Source: Macrostomum lignano (lineage: Eukaryota). Taken from it: 64,000 bases of DNA. The stretch spans positions 434,001 to 498,000 of the forward strand of contig NIVC01000291.1 of NCBI GenBank assembly GCA_002269645.1. The letters are read 5' to 3'. The notes beneath the pieces are model-generated. The model had not been told where the DNA came from. It saw nothing but the letters and a program-made list of their open reading frames with translations, and did no database searches. A program made the translations under genes and the position numbers. Shown piece after piece: positions 11,101-22,110 of the stretch. The stretch's first letter is position 1. Each line of letters opens with the position of its first letter.

Positions 11101-14100
11101 TAGATGGAAGTTGGTGGATGGAAGTTTGTGGATGGAAGCTGGTAGATGGAAGTTGGTGGATGGAAGTTGGTGGATGGAAGCTGGTGGATGGAAGCTGGTG
11201 GATGGAAGCTGGTGGATGGAAGCTGGTGGATGGAAGCTGGTGGATGGAAGCTGGTGGATGGAAGCTGGTGGATGGAAGCTGGTGGATGGAAGCTGGTGGA
11301 TGGAAGCTGGTGGATGGAAGCTGGTGGATGGAAGCTGGTGGATGGAAGCTGGTTTTCCACAGATTCGCCCCATGTCGAGAGAGCTGCACAGAGAAGCACG
11401 AACTTCATTCAGCTTGGCTTGCAAGTTCCCGCCTGTCCTTCTATTTTCTAAACCAAACCCTGGCAGAGTTCCCCGCCCTCCTCGTTGGAGTTTGCCAAGA
11501 CAGGACCGCCTGACAGCCTGCGCGAACGCCCCCCCCCCTGCTCGTGGATCAGCCAGGCCGGTCAGCTGAGGCCCGCCCGCTTAACCCAAACAGACAGTTG
11601 CCAAATTGGCTCAGCCAGTGAATCGAATCCTGCCGGCTGAATCCCCATCCGCCCTGACCCGCTGCCCGCCCGCCTGACCACCGAGGCAGATGAATAAATT
11701 CGAGCTGCGGAGAAGGAAAATTGCATTTCCGCGATCTCGGCCTAGGGGGGGGGGCAGAAGACCTCCGGGCGGGACCCCCCGGACCTCCCCTCTCTCTCTA
11801 TTAATTAGCGTTTGAAACAGAGGCGCATGGTGGAGGCAAAACTGCTGGGGATTTCCAGCAAATTGAATTGCTGCCGCCCGGCCGTCCCCGGCTGGCAAGC
11901 CGGGTCACAGCCTCGCCCGTCTCGCCTCCTCTTTGCTGGGGCGCCTCGCCGGGTCCTTCGTGTCTCGGGTGTGGCCCGCTGCAAACAGCTCTCTCTCTCC
12001 GGGGGGGATTAGCTGGGCCTTGGAATTCGATCTGGAGTTCCGTGCGGACGCTAATCACATTGATTCGCCTCGGAGAGTGCCGTTTTCCCATTCCCCCCCC
12101 CCTGTCCCGGGCGGCGTCCCTCATCTGGCCAAGGTGAGAGCGGCGGGGCGGGGCAGCAGATTTCCCCGCCGGGAGGATTTGCGCTGGAAACTTTCTGGGG
12201 GCTGGGGGTGGGCGTGTGGGAGATTTTCTCTGATCCCCGGTGCCGGCCCCGGGCAGCTCAGTGGAGCGCCGATTCTGTGTCGGTCGGCCGAGGGGAAACT
12301 TGAGTGGCCGATCGAGCGGGCCGGCCCTTCAGTATGCAAATAATAACAATAAGCATAGGGCCTGGGCTCAATCAATCGGACAGGGACTTAATCATAACTG
12401 CGACCCTCACCCGCCCAGCTCACTCCACAGCTCAGAGCTTTGAGCTCTCTTTGAGGGTGTGCTGTGAGCAGAGCTGCTCCTGCGCTCCCTGCCGCAGCTC
12501 AAATCCCGAAATCTTGGGCGCGGGAGATTTCGATCCAGGACTATTGGAGAGGGAACAGTGCTGGACTGAAAATCACTGCTAACTGTGTATTGGTTAGTAG
12601 CGGCTCTCACTGCAGCTCCCGGGAAGGGACAGCGGCTCTCACTGCAGCTCCCGGGAAGGGACAGCGGCTCTCACTGCAGCACCCGGGAAGGGACAGCGGC
12701 TCTCACTGCAGCCCCCGGGAAGGGGACAGCGGCTCTCACTGCAGCCCCCGGGAAGGGGACAGCGGCTCTCACTGCAGCCCCCGGGAAGGGGACAGCGGCT
12801 CTCACTGCAGCCCCCGGGAAGGGGACAGCGGCTCTCACTGCAGCCCCAGGGAAGGGGACAGCGGCTCTCACGCAGGTCAAATTCGGTTTGTAATTCGCTG
12901 TCTTCTAAGCCTCACGTGACCACCGTCCCGCGCCCAGAGGTGACGGCCAAGAGGAACATCCAGATCTACCGCTGCTGCCCGGAGCCCTACCTGGACCTGC
13001 TGTTCTCGCTGAAGATCCGTCGCAAGACGCTCTTCTACGGCGTGAACCTCATCTGCCCGTGCCTGGCCATCAGCTTCCTCACCATCCTCGTCTTCTACCT
13101 GCCCGGCGACTCTGGCGAGAAGATGTCCCTGTCAATCAACATCCTGCTGTCACTCACCGTGTTCTTCCTGCTCATCTTCGACATCTGCCCACCGACCTCT
13201 CTGGTGGTGCCGCTCATACTCAAGTACCTGCTGTTCACTATGATCCTGGTCACGCTGTCCGTCATGGCCACGGTCATTGTGCTCAACGTGCACTGGCGGT
13301 CCCCGGACACGCACATCATGGCACCCTGGGTTCGCCAGGTGTTCCTGCACACCTTGCCGAAACTGCTGTTCATGAAGAAGCCCGACAACAGGGAGGGCAC
13401 TGAAGATGCCAAGGTTGGTCATTCCTGACCCAATCCAGTTCTTGCTGACCCTTCCTGACCCAATCCAGTTCTTGCTGACCCTTCCTGACCCAATCCAGCC
13501 ATAGACAATTCTTAACCCAGTGACCCATTCTGCCAGCCCAGACCTCTCCAAATCAAATTGAGCAAATCCCGCCATGAGTCAATGAGCCACAATCCTGACC
13601 CACTCCGACCCGCCACCGACACACCGACAGCTCGATGAGCGCGCACCCGGCAGCCTCGGCCAGACGGCGCACCAACAGCAGCCTGGCTGGCAGTTCAACT
13701 GGCGGAGCTTCGACGAGTGTCGCTACGGCGACGGCGGCGGCTGCGGCGAGGTTGGCTGCGACCACGGCATCGCCTGCGACGTCGAGATGGCGCTGACTGG
13801 TGTCAGGAACATCTCCAGCCACTTGAAGTTTCTTGAGCGGAACACCACTGTAAGTTCTGGACCGCTGACCCACTATGCAGTCTCAGTGGTCAGGATAGCA
13901 TGTCCCTGACCCACTATGCAGTCTCAGGGGTCAGGATAGCATGTCCCTGACCCACTATGCAGTCTCAGGGGTCAGGATAGCATGTCCCTGACCCACTATG
14001 CAGTCTCAGGGGTCAGGATAGCATGTCCCTGACCCACTATGCAGTCTCAGGGGTCAGGATAGCATGTCCCTGACCCACTATGCAGTCTCAGGGGTCAGGA

Positions 14101-16018
14101 TAGCATTCCCTGACCGGATGCAAGGGTGGCATCACTCGCAGCTCAGAGCTGCTACCCTATCACAGCATTTTTATGCAAGCAGCTTATTCAACTGTTGTTA
14201 AACTCTCATCTGCACCGGCCCATGAGCATTTTGCCAGAGGGCAATCACGCAATTTGTCTCGCTCTGGCGGCAAAGTTGCTTTACTTGTGCTGGTGGTGGC
14301 GAAGGCACAGACCTTCTGGGCTCTTCAACTATTTCACCAATCCTTGCCAAATTGTCAAATTTTATGTTAAGGAGCTGAATTATCGATCAGGTTGTTCCCT
14401 AGTTGCAGTCTAGGGGCTTGTAGCCTAGTGGTTCGAGCGTCGGACTCACGACTAGAGGTCGGAGGTTCGATTCTCGACCCACTGGAAACAATCTGTGTCC
14501 TTGAGGAAGACACTTAACTCTGCACTGCTTCAATTCACCCAGCTGTAAAATGGGTTACCAGCATTAGCTGGGGTAATTGAGGGTGCGTGTGGCGACCCCC
14601 CCCTCCCCCCAGTCCTTGGACTGAACAGCCGTACGCAGCTTTCAGATGTGCCGCGCAATAGCTGCGGCTGAGATTTCGACTGCACATCTGGCCATTAGGG
14701 CACTTAAATTACTTACTCTTAGTTAAAACCGAAGCTGGAGGGCGCAGGCCAACTTCATTCTGCGTCTTACTGGGAGTGCTTCAATATCTCGACTATCTTG
14801 CATGCTAATCTGATCTGATCTGGCTTCCCCTCTTGAGCAGCCGCTCAGGGCTGAGTTCGATCCCGTTCCCGGCACCTCCAGCTCATTTGCCAATGTTGGC
14901 CTGCAGCCCCGGATCGGCTGAGCAAACCTGCTGATTTTCAAACAGAAACTAAAATACATTTGCCTCCCCCCGAAATGTGAGACCAAAGCCGATTTGCCGC
15001 TTGCAGATTCGGGACGAATGGAAGTACGTGGCCGTGGTGCTGGACCGGCTGTTCATGTGGCTCTTCAGCAGCGCCGCTGTTATTGGCAAGTGACAGCAAC
15101 ACACAGAGTTTCTGCGACTCATTTAGGAACTTTCGGAGATCTATACCAACCGCCAAAGAACTACCATCAAAGGGACAATCGGCCCCTTGGTAACGCCAAC
15201 CAAAGAACTACCATCAAAGGGACAATCGGCCCCTTTGTAACACCAACCAAAGAACTACCATCAAAGGGACAATCGGCCCCTTGGTAACGCCAACCAAAGA
15301 ACTACCATCAAAGGGACAATCGGCCCCTTTGTAACACCAACCAAAGAACTACCATCAAAGGGACAATCGGCCCCTTTGTAACGCCAACCAAAGAACTACC
15401 ATCAAAGGGACAATCGGCCCCTTTGTAACGCCAACCAAAGAACTACCATCAAAGGGACAATCGGCCCCTTGGTAACGCCAACCAAAGAACTACCATCAAA
15501 GGCACAATCGGCCCCTTTGTAACACCAACCAAAGAACTACTAGCAAAGGGACAATCGACCCCTTTGTAACACCAACCAAAGAACTACTAGCAAAGGGTTC
15601 ATCTGTCCCTTGTAAAGGCCAGTTCAAAATCACCGCTCGTAGCTCCACATGTTATCAATTTATAGTTGGTTCAGGCAAATTTTTAGAACTGATCTGAACA
15701 AGTTTTGACCACTCAGAGCTACTATTAGTAATGAGAACGGATTAAATGTATTAGTAAAAATTACAATAGGCCGTTTAAACAACCAACTATTAAAAATATC
15801 GAAAGCGCAGCAGCAGACATTAGAAACTTACAGAGTTATCAACATGATACTGGCAGTAGTAAGTACAGCGCGCACTCTCACCCGAAACAGGCGCAGTGGG
15901 CATCTTCATGCAGGCGCCAAGCCTCACGGACTACACGGACCAGCTGACCAGGTACAACACGCAGGACCGCATAGCAACCATACAGCGGAACTGCAGCGGC
16001 TCCAAGAGCAAAGTCTGA
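8126..16018 (+). CDS. Nicotinic acetylcholine receptor alpha-type subunit (cation-selective), 535 aa; exons 8126-8210, 9045-9190, 9259-9413, 9818-10137, 12938-13413, 13631-13849, 15007-15085, 15891-16018
   Basis: Signal peptide MNRSRG...FFGVALNS; [10 protein letters not shown]; Cys-loop [15 protein letters not shown]; loop B GTWTHNG; loop C vicinal cysteines YRCCPEPY; M1-M3 with GEK linker; MA helix [16 protein letters not shown]; M4 [17 protein letters not shown]...[10 protein letters not shown]. Exon phases sum to 1608 nt. The last intron needs a GC donor. Confidence 0.95.
8250..8820. repeat. 29-bp minisatellite (GGCAGCCAGGGTCTCCATGGGATTGTGCA), nAChR intron 1
   Basis: Period of 29 measured; explains the overlapping periodic ORFs at 8077-9036. 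Confidence 0.96.
9470..9760. repeat. 17/22-bp compound repeat (CTCAGTTGCTCAACTACCAATA), nAChR intron 3
   Basis: Directly visible. Confidence 0.9.
10235..11352. repeat. 13/14-bp purine-rich minisatellite (GATGGAAGCTGGTG/A), nAChR intron 4
   Basis: Directly visible; explains the HQLPSTSF and [13 protein letters not shown] ORFs. Confidence 0.96.
12590..12872. repeat. 33-bp minisatellite (GGACAGCGGCTCTCACTGCAGCCCCCGGGAAGG), nAChR intron 4
   Basis: About 8 units; 11-aa periodic ORF. Confidence 0.93.
13866..14112. repeat. 41-bp minisatellite (GACCCACTATGCAGTCTCAGGGGTCAGGATAGCATGTCCCT) x6, nAChR intron 6
   Basis: Period of 41 measured. Confidence 0.95.
14413..14717 (+). mobile_element. tRNA-derived SINE with CORE-like central domain, ~305 bp
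   Basis: A box TAGCCTAGTGG and B box GGTTCGATTC. The central TGTGTCCTTGAGGAAGACACTTAACTCT...CAGCTGTAAAATGGG resembles the CORE consensus (GTGACCTTGGGCAAGTCACTTAAC...CTGTAAAATGGG). Ends in a TTAC repeat. A second copy lies at 6697. Confidence 0.8.
15145..15590. repeat. 47-bp minisatellite (CAACCAAAGAACTACCATCAAAGGGACAATCGGCCCCTTTGTAACAC), nAChR intron 7
   Basis: Period of 47 measured. Confidence 0.95.
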
Positions 16019-16121
16019 CATCGCTACTACACTAAAGTACAAAGTACACAATTTGAACAAACTTTCAACCGTGCAACGCGTATAGAATTGAATTTTTCGC
16101 TGATGTTAGTACTAACAGTAG

Positions 16122-16618
16122 CTGGGGCGTCGCTATGAATTTTATGGTGGGGGACAAAGCCAATAATTCTACTCTAATAATTCTAGGCTCTCATCTTAGC
16201 GCCATAGACTCTCATCTTGGCGCCGCAGGCACTCATTTTGGCGCCGCTGGCACTCATTTTGACGCCGCAGGCTCTCATCTTGGCGCCGCAGGCACTCATT
16301 TTGGCGCCGCTGGCACTCATTTTGGCGCCGCAGGCTCTCATCTTGGCGCCACAGACACTCATTTTGGCGCCACAGATACTCATTTTAGCGCCGCAGGCAC
16401 TCATTTTGGCGCCGCAGGCACTCATTTTGGCGCCGCTGGCACTCATTTTGGCGCCGCAGTCACTAATTTTGGCATATTTTAGCGCCATGATGCAAAATTT
16501 TTGATTTCCACAACGGGTCAGCATGGTTGGGGAGGGGGGGCAAAGCATTGGCATGTCCCCCCCATAGATTTTACTGGGGGAACTTGTCCCCCCTGTCCCC
16601 CAGGTGGCGACGCCCCTG
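16122..16618. mobile_element. MITE-like element with 14-bp imperfect TIRs and an internal 21-bp minisatellite
   Basis: Left end CTGGGGCGTCGCTA versus reverse complement of the right end CAGGGGCGTCGCCA (12/14). AGTAG flanks both sides (16117-16121, 16619-16623). Internal (GGCACTCATTTTGGCGCCGCA)n at ~16190-16480. Confidence 0.55.
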
Positions 16619-17532
16619 AGTAGTGGAATTTCGTAGTGCAGCAGACTGTACTGGCATCGGCAGAAATAGAATTCTTAAACATTTTAAGCAACAAAATTCA
16701 TGGTGTGATAAAAACTGCTATAATTTTTTTGTTATCAATCATCTCAATACCCAAAATACAATATTCTCGAATCCTAAACTGGCTCTTTCTCCGACAATTC
16801 CTAGGCTTCAAAACCCAGTTTATAAAATAAAAATTTACTCAACTATACGCGTAAATCCGTAAATCCCTGTTCCACCAACAGTCTCTCGAAGGGGCCGTAG
16901 CCAGTGGTTCAGCCGCGCTGATGTCCACCCAGGGATCTCTGCAGTCACAGGGCTAACTGGAATCTCGGGGTCTGTGCAAATAATGAACTTAAAAGCCAAA
17001 CCCCAAGGCACAGTGAAGTGTACATGTCTAACGACAAACAAAGTTAGGGCCGCTGTACACTCCTGTGTGGTGTGTGCCGGCGCGTATGACTGCGTACGTA
17101 AACGCACGCTTGTATGTATGTGTGTGCATTGTGTACCTGCTCAGGGGATTCGGCAGAATGGGCAGCAATGCCGATTGTGTGACAATATCGGTTAAGTTCC
17201 TCAGTTCTTCTCAAACTGCACTCAATGTATGCATGTGCGTAATGTAGAGTTAAGGCTTGAACTACCACTTGCATACTTACTCGTACACAGGTGGGCTCAT
17301 AGCGCTGCTCTTGACTTTGGTTGAGTCTTCTTCAAGTGATTTTTCTTTCCGCTTTCACCTTCATGGCATTGATTCTATCTACAGTTTAGTTAGTACTTAA
17401 ATAAATGAACAGAAGGCAGATTTTTAGATCATCTCTTCGATCGCGAATCGAACATATTATATTTGGATGCTCGAAAACCGAGTGGTAGGATCTAAGATAG
17501 CCAACTTAATTCTCTGAAGCAAAATTATTTGC

Positions 17533-19056
17533 TCAATCCTGCTTGAGCGGCGGCTTGTCGGGCAGCTGCGGGACAGCAAGGCCGTATTGCATGGCCAGCC
17601 TCTTGAACACGGTGATGTGGAAGAATGCCATCAGCACCTCCATGTCCTTCTCGGTGAGGTCCCTCGGGTACTCCTTGCGCTCAATGGTGGTCTTGGAGTA
17701 AATTCCGCCGACGTAGGACTTGGAGTTCTGGATGTACTGCACATTGGGAGCCAGAATGAAGGCCTGGGCAACGTTCACCACAATGACGTTGTACTTGCCG
17801 TCGCCACGGTTGGCGCAAACGACGTCGACGAACTGGACCTTGCTGGTGGAGGACCGGTCAGCGTTGAAGGCGATGTCGAAGTCGTTCCAGGTCTGGGACT
17901 CTGCCATGGAGCCGATGATGATGGCGTCCTCGACGTTCTGGAACACGTCCGCGTTGAGGTTGATGAGCCTGGGTAGAACCCTGAGGTAGGTACCCAGGAG
18001 ATTGTCCATGTTGATGCCGATCGTCACAGAGGTCTTGGCGGTCTGCTCGTAGCGGGAGAAGCCCTCGCCAGCGACCTCCTTGATGATGGTGCTGGTGCTG
18101 GTAGTCTTGAAAATGTTGATCAGCTTCGGGACGATGTCGAGACCAGCGCTGATCAGTCCGATGGCAGTCATGGGGTCAATGTAAGCCTGCTCCATGCCAG
18201 GGACTTCGATGTCCAGCATTCTGGCGAAGCGGCCAAGAGCGGCCTGGCAGAAGAAGGACTTCAGCAGCTCGACATCCTCCAGCTTCAGCTTGGCGGGAAT
18301 GCGCTCAACGCGGATGTTGGCGCGCTGCACCAGACCCCAGGCGTAGCTCTTGCGCTCCTCGATCAGCACGATGTCCGGAGCCAGCTGGAAGGAGCTCTTG
18401 AAGTCGGCAATCATGAAGTCGTAGGTGTTGTGGGCCAAGTCGCGGTGGCCCAGAACGCAGACGTATTTGCAGTTGGAGCCGCTGTCCTGATCGAAGATGA
18501 TATCGATGAGGCTCCAGTCGGTGTTATCAGCGAACTTGATGATCTCCATGCTGGCCAGGAAGCCGTCGCGCTTGTCGTTCTTGATCTCCAGGGTGTCAGT
18601 CAGGTAGGCGGCGAAGGCGTCGAAGCTGTCGGCGTCCACGCCCTCGATGGCCTGCATGGAGGCGGACTGGCTGTAGTGGGTGTAGCCGTTGTTGGTGACC
18701 CTCTGCAGCTCGACCGGCAGGGCGGTGCTCTTCGATTCGATCAGGTTCTTGATGCTCGGGAACCGCTCGGCCCAGGTCTTCAGCTTCGGGCCCAGTCCGC
18801 GGGTGAACGGCTCGGGGTTGCGGTACACTTCATGGTGCTTCGGCTGGAAGTCGTAGCCGTAGTAGTTGGTGGCGCTGAAGGTGTTCTCTGCGAGGTCAGA
18901 GTTGGTAGTGAATGAATGCATTTTGTAAGTTCTTGGTTGTGTTCAAAATACGTAGCAGTCTAAGACATATCTCGACGTAATGCAAATAGATTTGGAGCTG
19001 ATTGACTTACCAGCGGCCGCAAAGGCAGCAAGGGAGAGCAGAATGACGAGCTTCAT
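17533..19056 (-). CDS. Secreted protein of unrecognised family, ~466 aa, with two tandem ~200-aa homologous domains; exons 19056-19011 and 18887-17533
   Basis: Exon 1 is MKLVILLSLAAFAAA (signal peptide) with donor GTAAGT. The acceptor CTCGCAG at 18888 is in frame (phase 1) with the 462-aa ORF. Strong GC3 codon bias. The internal repeat is visible (FQLAPDIVLIEERKSYAWG versus FILAPNVQYIQNSKSYVGG). Confidence 0.85.
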
Positions 19057-19114
19057 CGTGCAGTGTCTATCGAGGCAGGCTCGAGGCTGAAATTTCGTTT
19101 TTAAATCTCACCAA

Positions 19115-19123
19115 TTATATATA
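19115..19123 (-). promoter_or_regulatory. Candidate TATA box of the secreted-protein gene
   Basis: The minus strand reads CTATATATAATTGG ~60 nt upstream of the ATG, with a TCAGCC Inr-like motif ~30-35 nt downstream. Confidence 0.5.
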
Positions 19124-19728
19124 GAGAAAATTTAGACAGGTCTCGCGAGCTCCAGAAGACGCCTCGGTAATTTGTTTCTGCTGTGGGAAGCGAACACTTG
19201 CCCGATTTGGTGCTGTCAAAATTTGGACCCTCAGTAGCTAGTTGCCTTCTCGGGCGGGCAGCCTTCCGCAGCTGGTGACTAACTATACTTGACTGATTAG
19301 GTTGACTTTGAGTTCGGTTATCCCAAGCAGCCGCTAATAGTCTCACGACTTGTCAGTCCTGGAATATCGCTCTCTGTTCTTGACAAGTCTTACTAAACCT
19401 CTGTTCTTGACAAGTGACAGCATGGCTATGCATTCGTGCCTGTCAAACTCGAGCCGATAATGCCACTCGCTTGTCACTGCTTATACGATGGTTCAGACGG
19501 TTGCGAGTATTATTTGCACTTTTTGTGCCTTTTGCGATGTTTGCGATGGACTTCTATAGAATTGCGAGCTCGTAGATGCTTTAGCGGCTTTGGCTCGTAT
19601 TTTAGGTAAATTTCGCCTTTAAATTAGAGAGCTACGGCTCTCAAGCAATGCAGCAGATTTCACACCACCTAAATTTCACAACGCCTAAAAGCACTATGGA
19701 GATTTGGTCTTTCTTTGTGGTGTTCTTC

Positions 19729-20256
19729 TGCCGTGGTCGCAGCCAACTTTGCCACAGCCGCCGCCGTCACCGTCGAAGCTCCGCCAGTTGAACTGCCAGC
19801 CAGGCTGCTGTTGGTGCGCCGTCTGGCCGAGGCTCGTCGAGCTGTCGGTGTGTCGGTGGCGGGTCGGAGTGGGTCAGGATTGTGGCTCATTGACTCATGG
19901 TGGGGATTTGCTCAATTTGATTTGGAGAGGTCTGGGCTGGCAGAATGGGTCACTGGGTTAAGAATTGCCTTATGGCTAGATTGGGTCAGGAAGGGTCAGA
20001 AAGAACTGGATTGGGTCAGAAGGGTCAGCAAGAATTGGATTGGGTCAGAAGGGTCAGCAAGTACTGGATTGGGTCAGGAAGGGTCAGCAAGAACTGGATT
20101 GGGTCAGGAAGGGTCAGAAAGAACTGTTTTGGGTCAGGAAGGGTCAGCAAGAACTGGATTGGGTCGGGAAGGGTCAGCAAGAACTGGATTGGGTCAGGAA
20201 GGGTCAGAAAGAACTGGATTGGATCAGGAAGAACTGGATTGGGTCAAGACTGACCA
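19729..20256 (-). pseudogene. Inverted partial duplicate of nAChR intron 5 plus the 5' part of exon 6 (source 13416-13769), frameshifted
   Basis: The reverse complement aligns almost continuously with 13416-13769. The exon part has a 14-nt and a 12-nt deletion. The 30-bp intron repeat has ~9 copies here versus ~2.5 at the source. Confidence 0.9.
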
Positions 20257-20411
20257 GTGTTGTGATCTATAGCGCTCTTCCTGTTATCGGGTTATATACC
20301 ATATTGAATATACTGTATAGTACAAGCGGAAAAAGTATAGCCTCTTTGCTACCCGCTGGATCAATATGTATACATGTATGTTGATATATACATTTGCTCC
20401 TCATTAGGAAG

Positions 20412-20782
20412 TGACGTGACGCGAAAGTCAGGAGCTGATTGTTGCTTAATAACTAATGTGAATGCTTGCGATATATTTGTAGAATAGCCAAAGTAACTTG
20501 ACGAGTTAAAGACCGAGAGAAATAGCTTAAATATTGTAAATATTGAATTTCACTGATGCAGTGGCACTGTGAGTGGAGAGAGTACAAAATGGTAGAGATT
20601 AAGGGGCGAGGCAATAGCTAGCGCTATGATGCACATGGAACAGAGTAGAGTACGCATAGAGTACACAATGATTTACTGAGTACACGCAGATCGCAAGCTG
20701 CAAACAGAGTGACTAAGCGAAGTTAAACAAACAAACCCCCCCCACAGTTACACAGCTCACAACCCAAGCAACCGTCACTTCA
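20412..20782 (-). repeat. 3' LTR of element A (371 bp)
   Basis: Direct repeat of 28060-28429, next to the PPT GAAGGGGGGAGA. Confidence 0.95.
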
Positions 20783-20854
20783 TCTCCCCCCTTCGAATCG
20801 AGCTGGTGGCAGGCCCCTTGTCGAACGAATCGGATAGCGAGGCAGCTTCACCGG

Positions 20855-22110
20855 CTAGGGGCCGGCGGTGCTTTCAGCCATCGGCTCCGGCCGATGCAAC
20901 TCGGTTGGCTCCCCGCCCTGCAGTCCGATAGCTTCGCCATCTTCAGCGGATGCAGTAGCGGCGTCGCCGCCACCGCCGCTCTTGGTATCTTGGCAGCTGG
21001 TCTGCGGCCTTGACAGCATCGCATCGTCGTCTGTGGCGCGGGAGGTTGCCGGATCATCGGCTCCGGCCTCGATGCGTTCACTCAGCTGGTCTGCATGCGC
21101 CAGGACGGTGCGACCGCCTTGACGGGCGATGATGGCCGTGTTCGTCCCTTTTTGCCATAGAAACTCGGCCGGCTCGCGCTCCAGCCCTGCGCCTGGTGCG
21201 TACCAGATGTTGGCTCTAATTGGCGTCTTCATCGTGATTGGATTGCGCAGCTGCCGTCCCATGAGCTGTGCTAGACTCTGGGTCCGACCGGCGTGTGGAA
21301 TGCACCTGTAATTGAGTAGGAGTCTGAACAAGAATGAGTTGTACGGCTCCAACGCTTGGTCCCTGGCCGCCGACGCCCTCTTGATCGAGCCGACCATCCG
21401 TTCCGCAAGTCCGTTCGATTGAGGATGCCTTGGAGGAGTTTTGAGGGCTCGACAGCCGATTCGCTCAAGCCAGGACAGCAGTCCGGCGTCGTGATACTCA
21501 GCGGCATTATCACTAACTAGGACGTGCGGGACACCGTTTCTAGCGAACACTGACTGAAGAGCGGCCTTAACAGTCGCAGCATCGCGGTTTGGCACTCTCA
21601 GGACCTCAGGCCATCCTGACATAGCATCGACTAGAATGAGCACCAGTCCAACCTTCGGGATTGTGGCGTGGTCCATATGCACGCGATGCCACGGCTCGTC
21701 TTCCTTTGGCCACTGATGTACCGTAGGTGTGCCAGAGGGCCGAATTCGCGTGCAGGTGGGGCAGTTGCGTACGTGCCGCTCCACGTCCGTGCAATATCCT
21801 GGCCACCAGGCCGAGTTGCGGATGAGTGCGCGAGTTGCCATGGCTCCCTGATGCGATTCATTGTGGACCTGATCCAGGACGCGCTGCCTGAGTGTCGCAG
21901 GAATCACCGGTCGATCACCGTAGCAGAGAATGCCGTCGTCTATCACTAAGGCATGGCGAACTGATTTTTACAGCCTCTCAGCTGGGGAGCATCCTGACCA
22001 TCTGCTTGATGCGACTCGCTCAGCAATATCTTGGAGTAGACGATCGCGCTGGGTCTCCGCTTGCAGCTCCTCCCATGGAATCACCGGGCTGCCAGCCCAA
22101 TGAACCAGAA
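20855..22110 (-). pseudogene. Element A integrase (with upstream linker containing a premature stop)
   Basis: HHCC zinc finger (VHNESHQG...WWPG...CPTC) and DDE motifs VHMDHA, VSDNA, SNGLAERMV. The upstream frame reads WEELQAETQRDRLLQ...RL*KSVRHALVIDDG. Confidence 0.9.

Noticed and set aside
14413-14485. tRNA gene
   Set aside because: It has A and B boxes but no proper acceptor-stem pairing, and it continues into SINE body sequence shared with 6697-6828.
4638-14717. LINE at 4638 as the partner of the SINE (both have TTAC repeats)
   Set aside because: In sense orientation the LINE tail is (GTAA)n and the SINE tail is (TTAC)n, and I saw no shared 3' sequence.
16974-17274. Cys-rich short ORFs as zinc-finger or metallothionein genes
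   Set aside because: They derive from TG-rich low-complexity sequence, with no codon bias or splice support.
18921-18960. Acceptor at 18960 or ATG at 18921 as the start of the secreted gene's second exon
   Set aside because: The 18960 acceptor meets an in-frame TGA at 18945-18943, and ATG 18921 gives no signal peptide. The 18888 acceptor fits.
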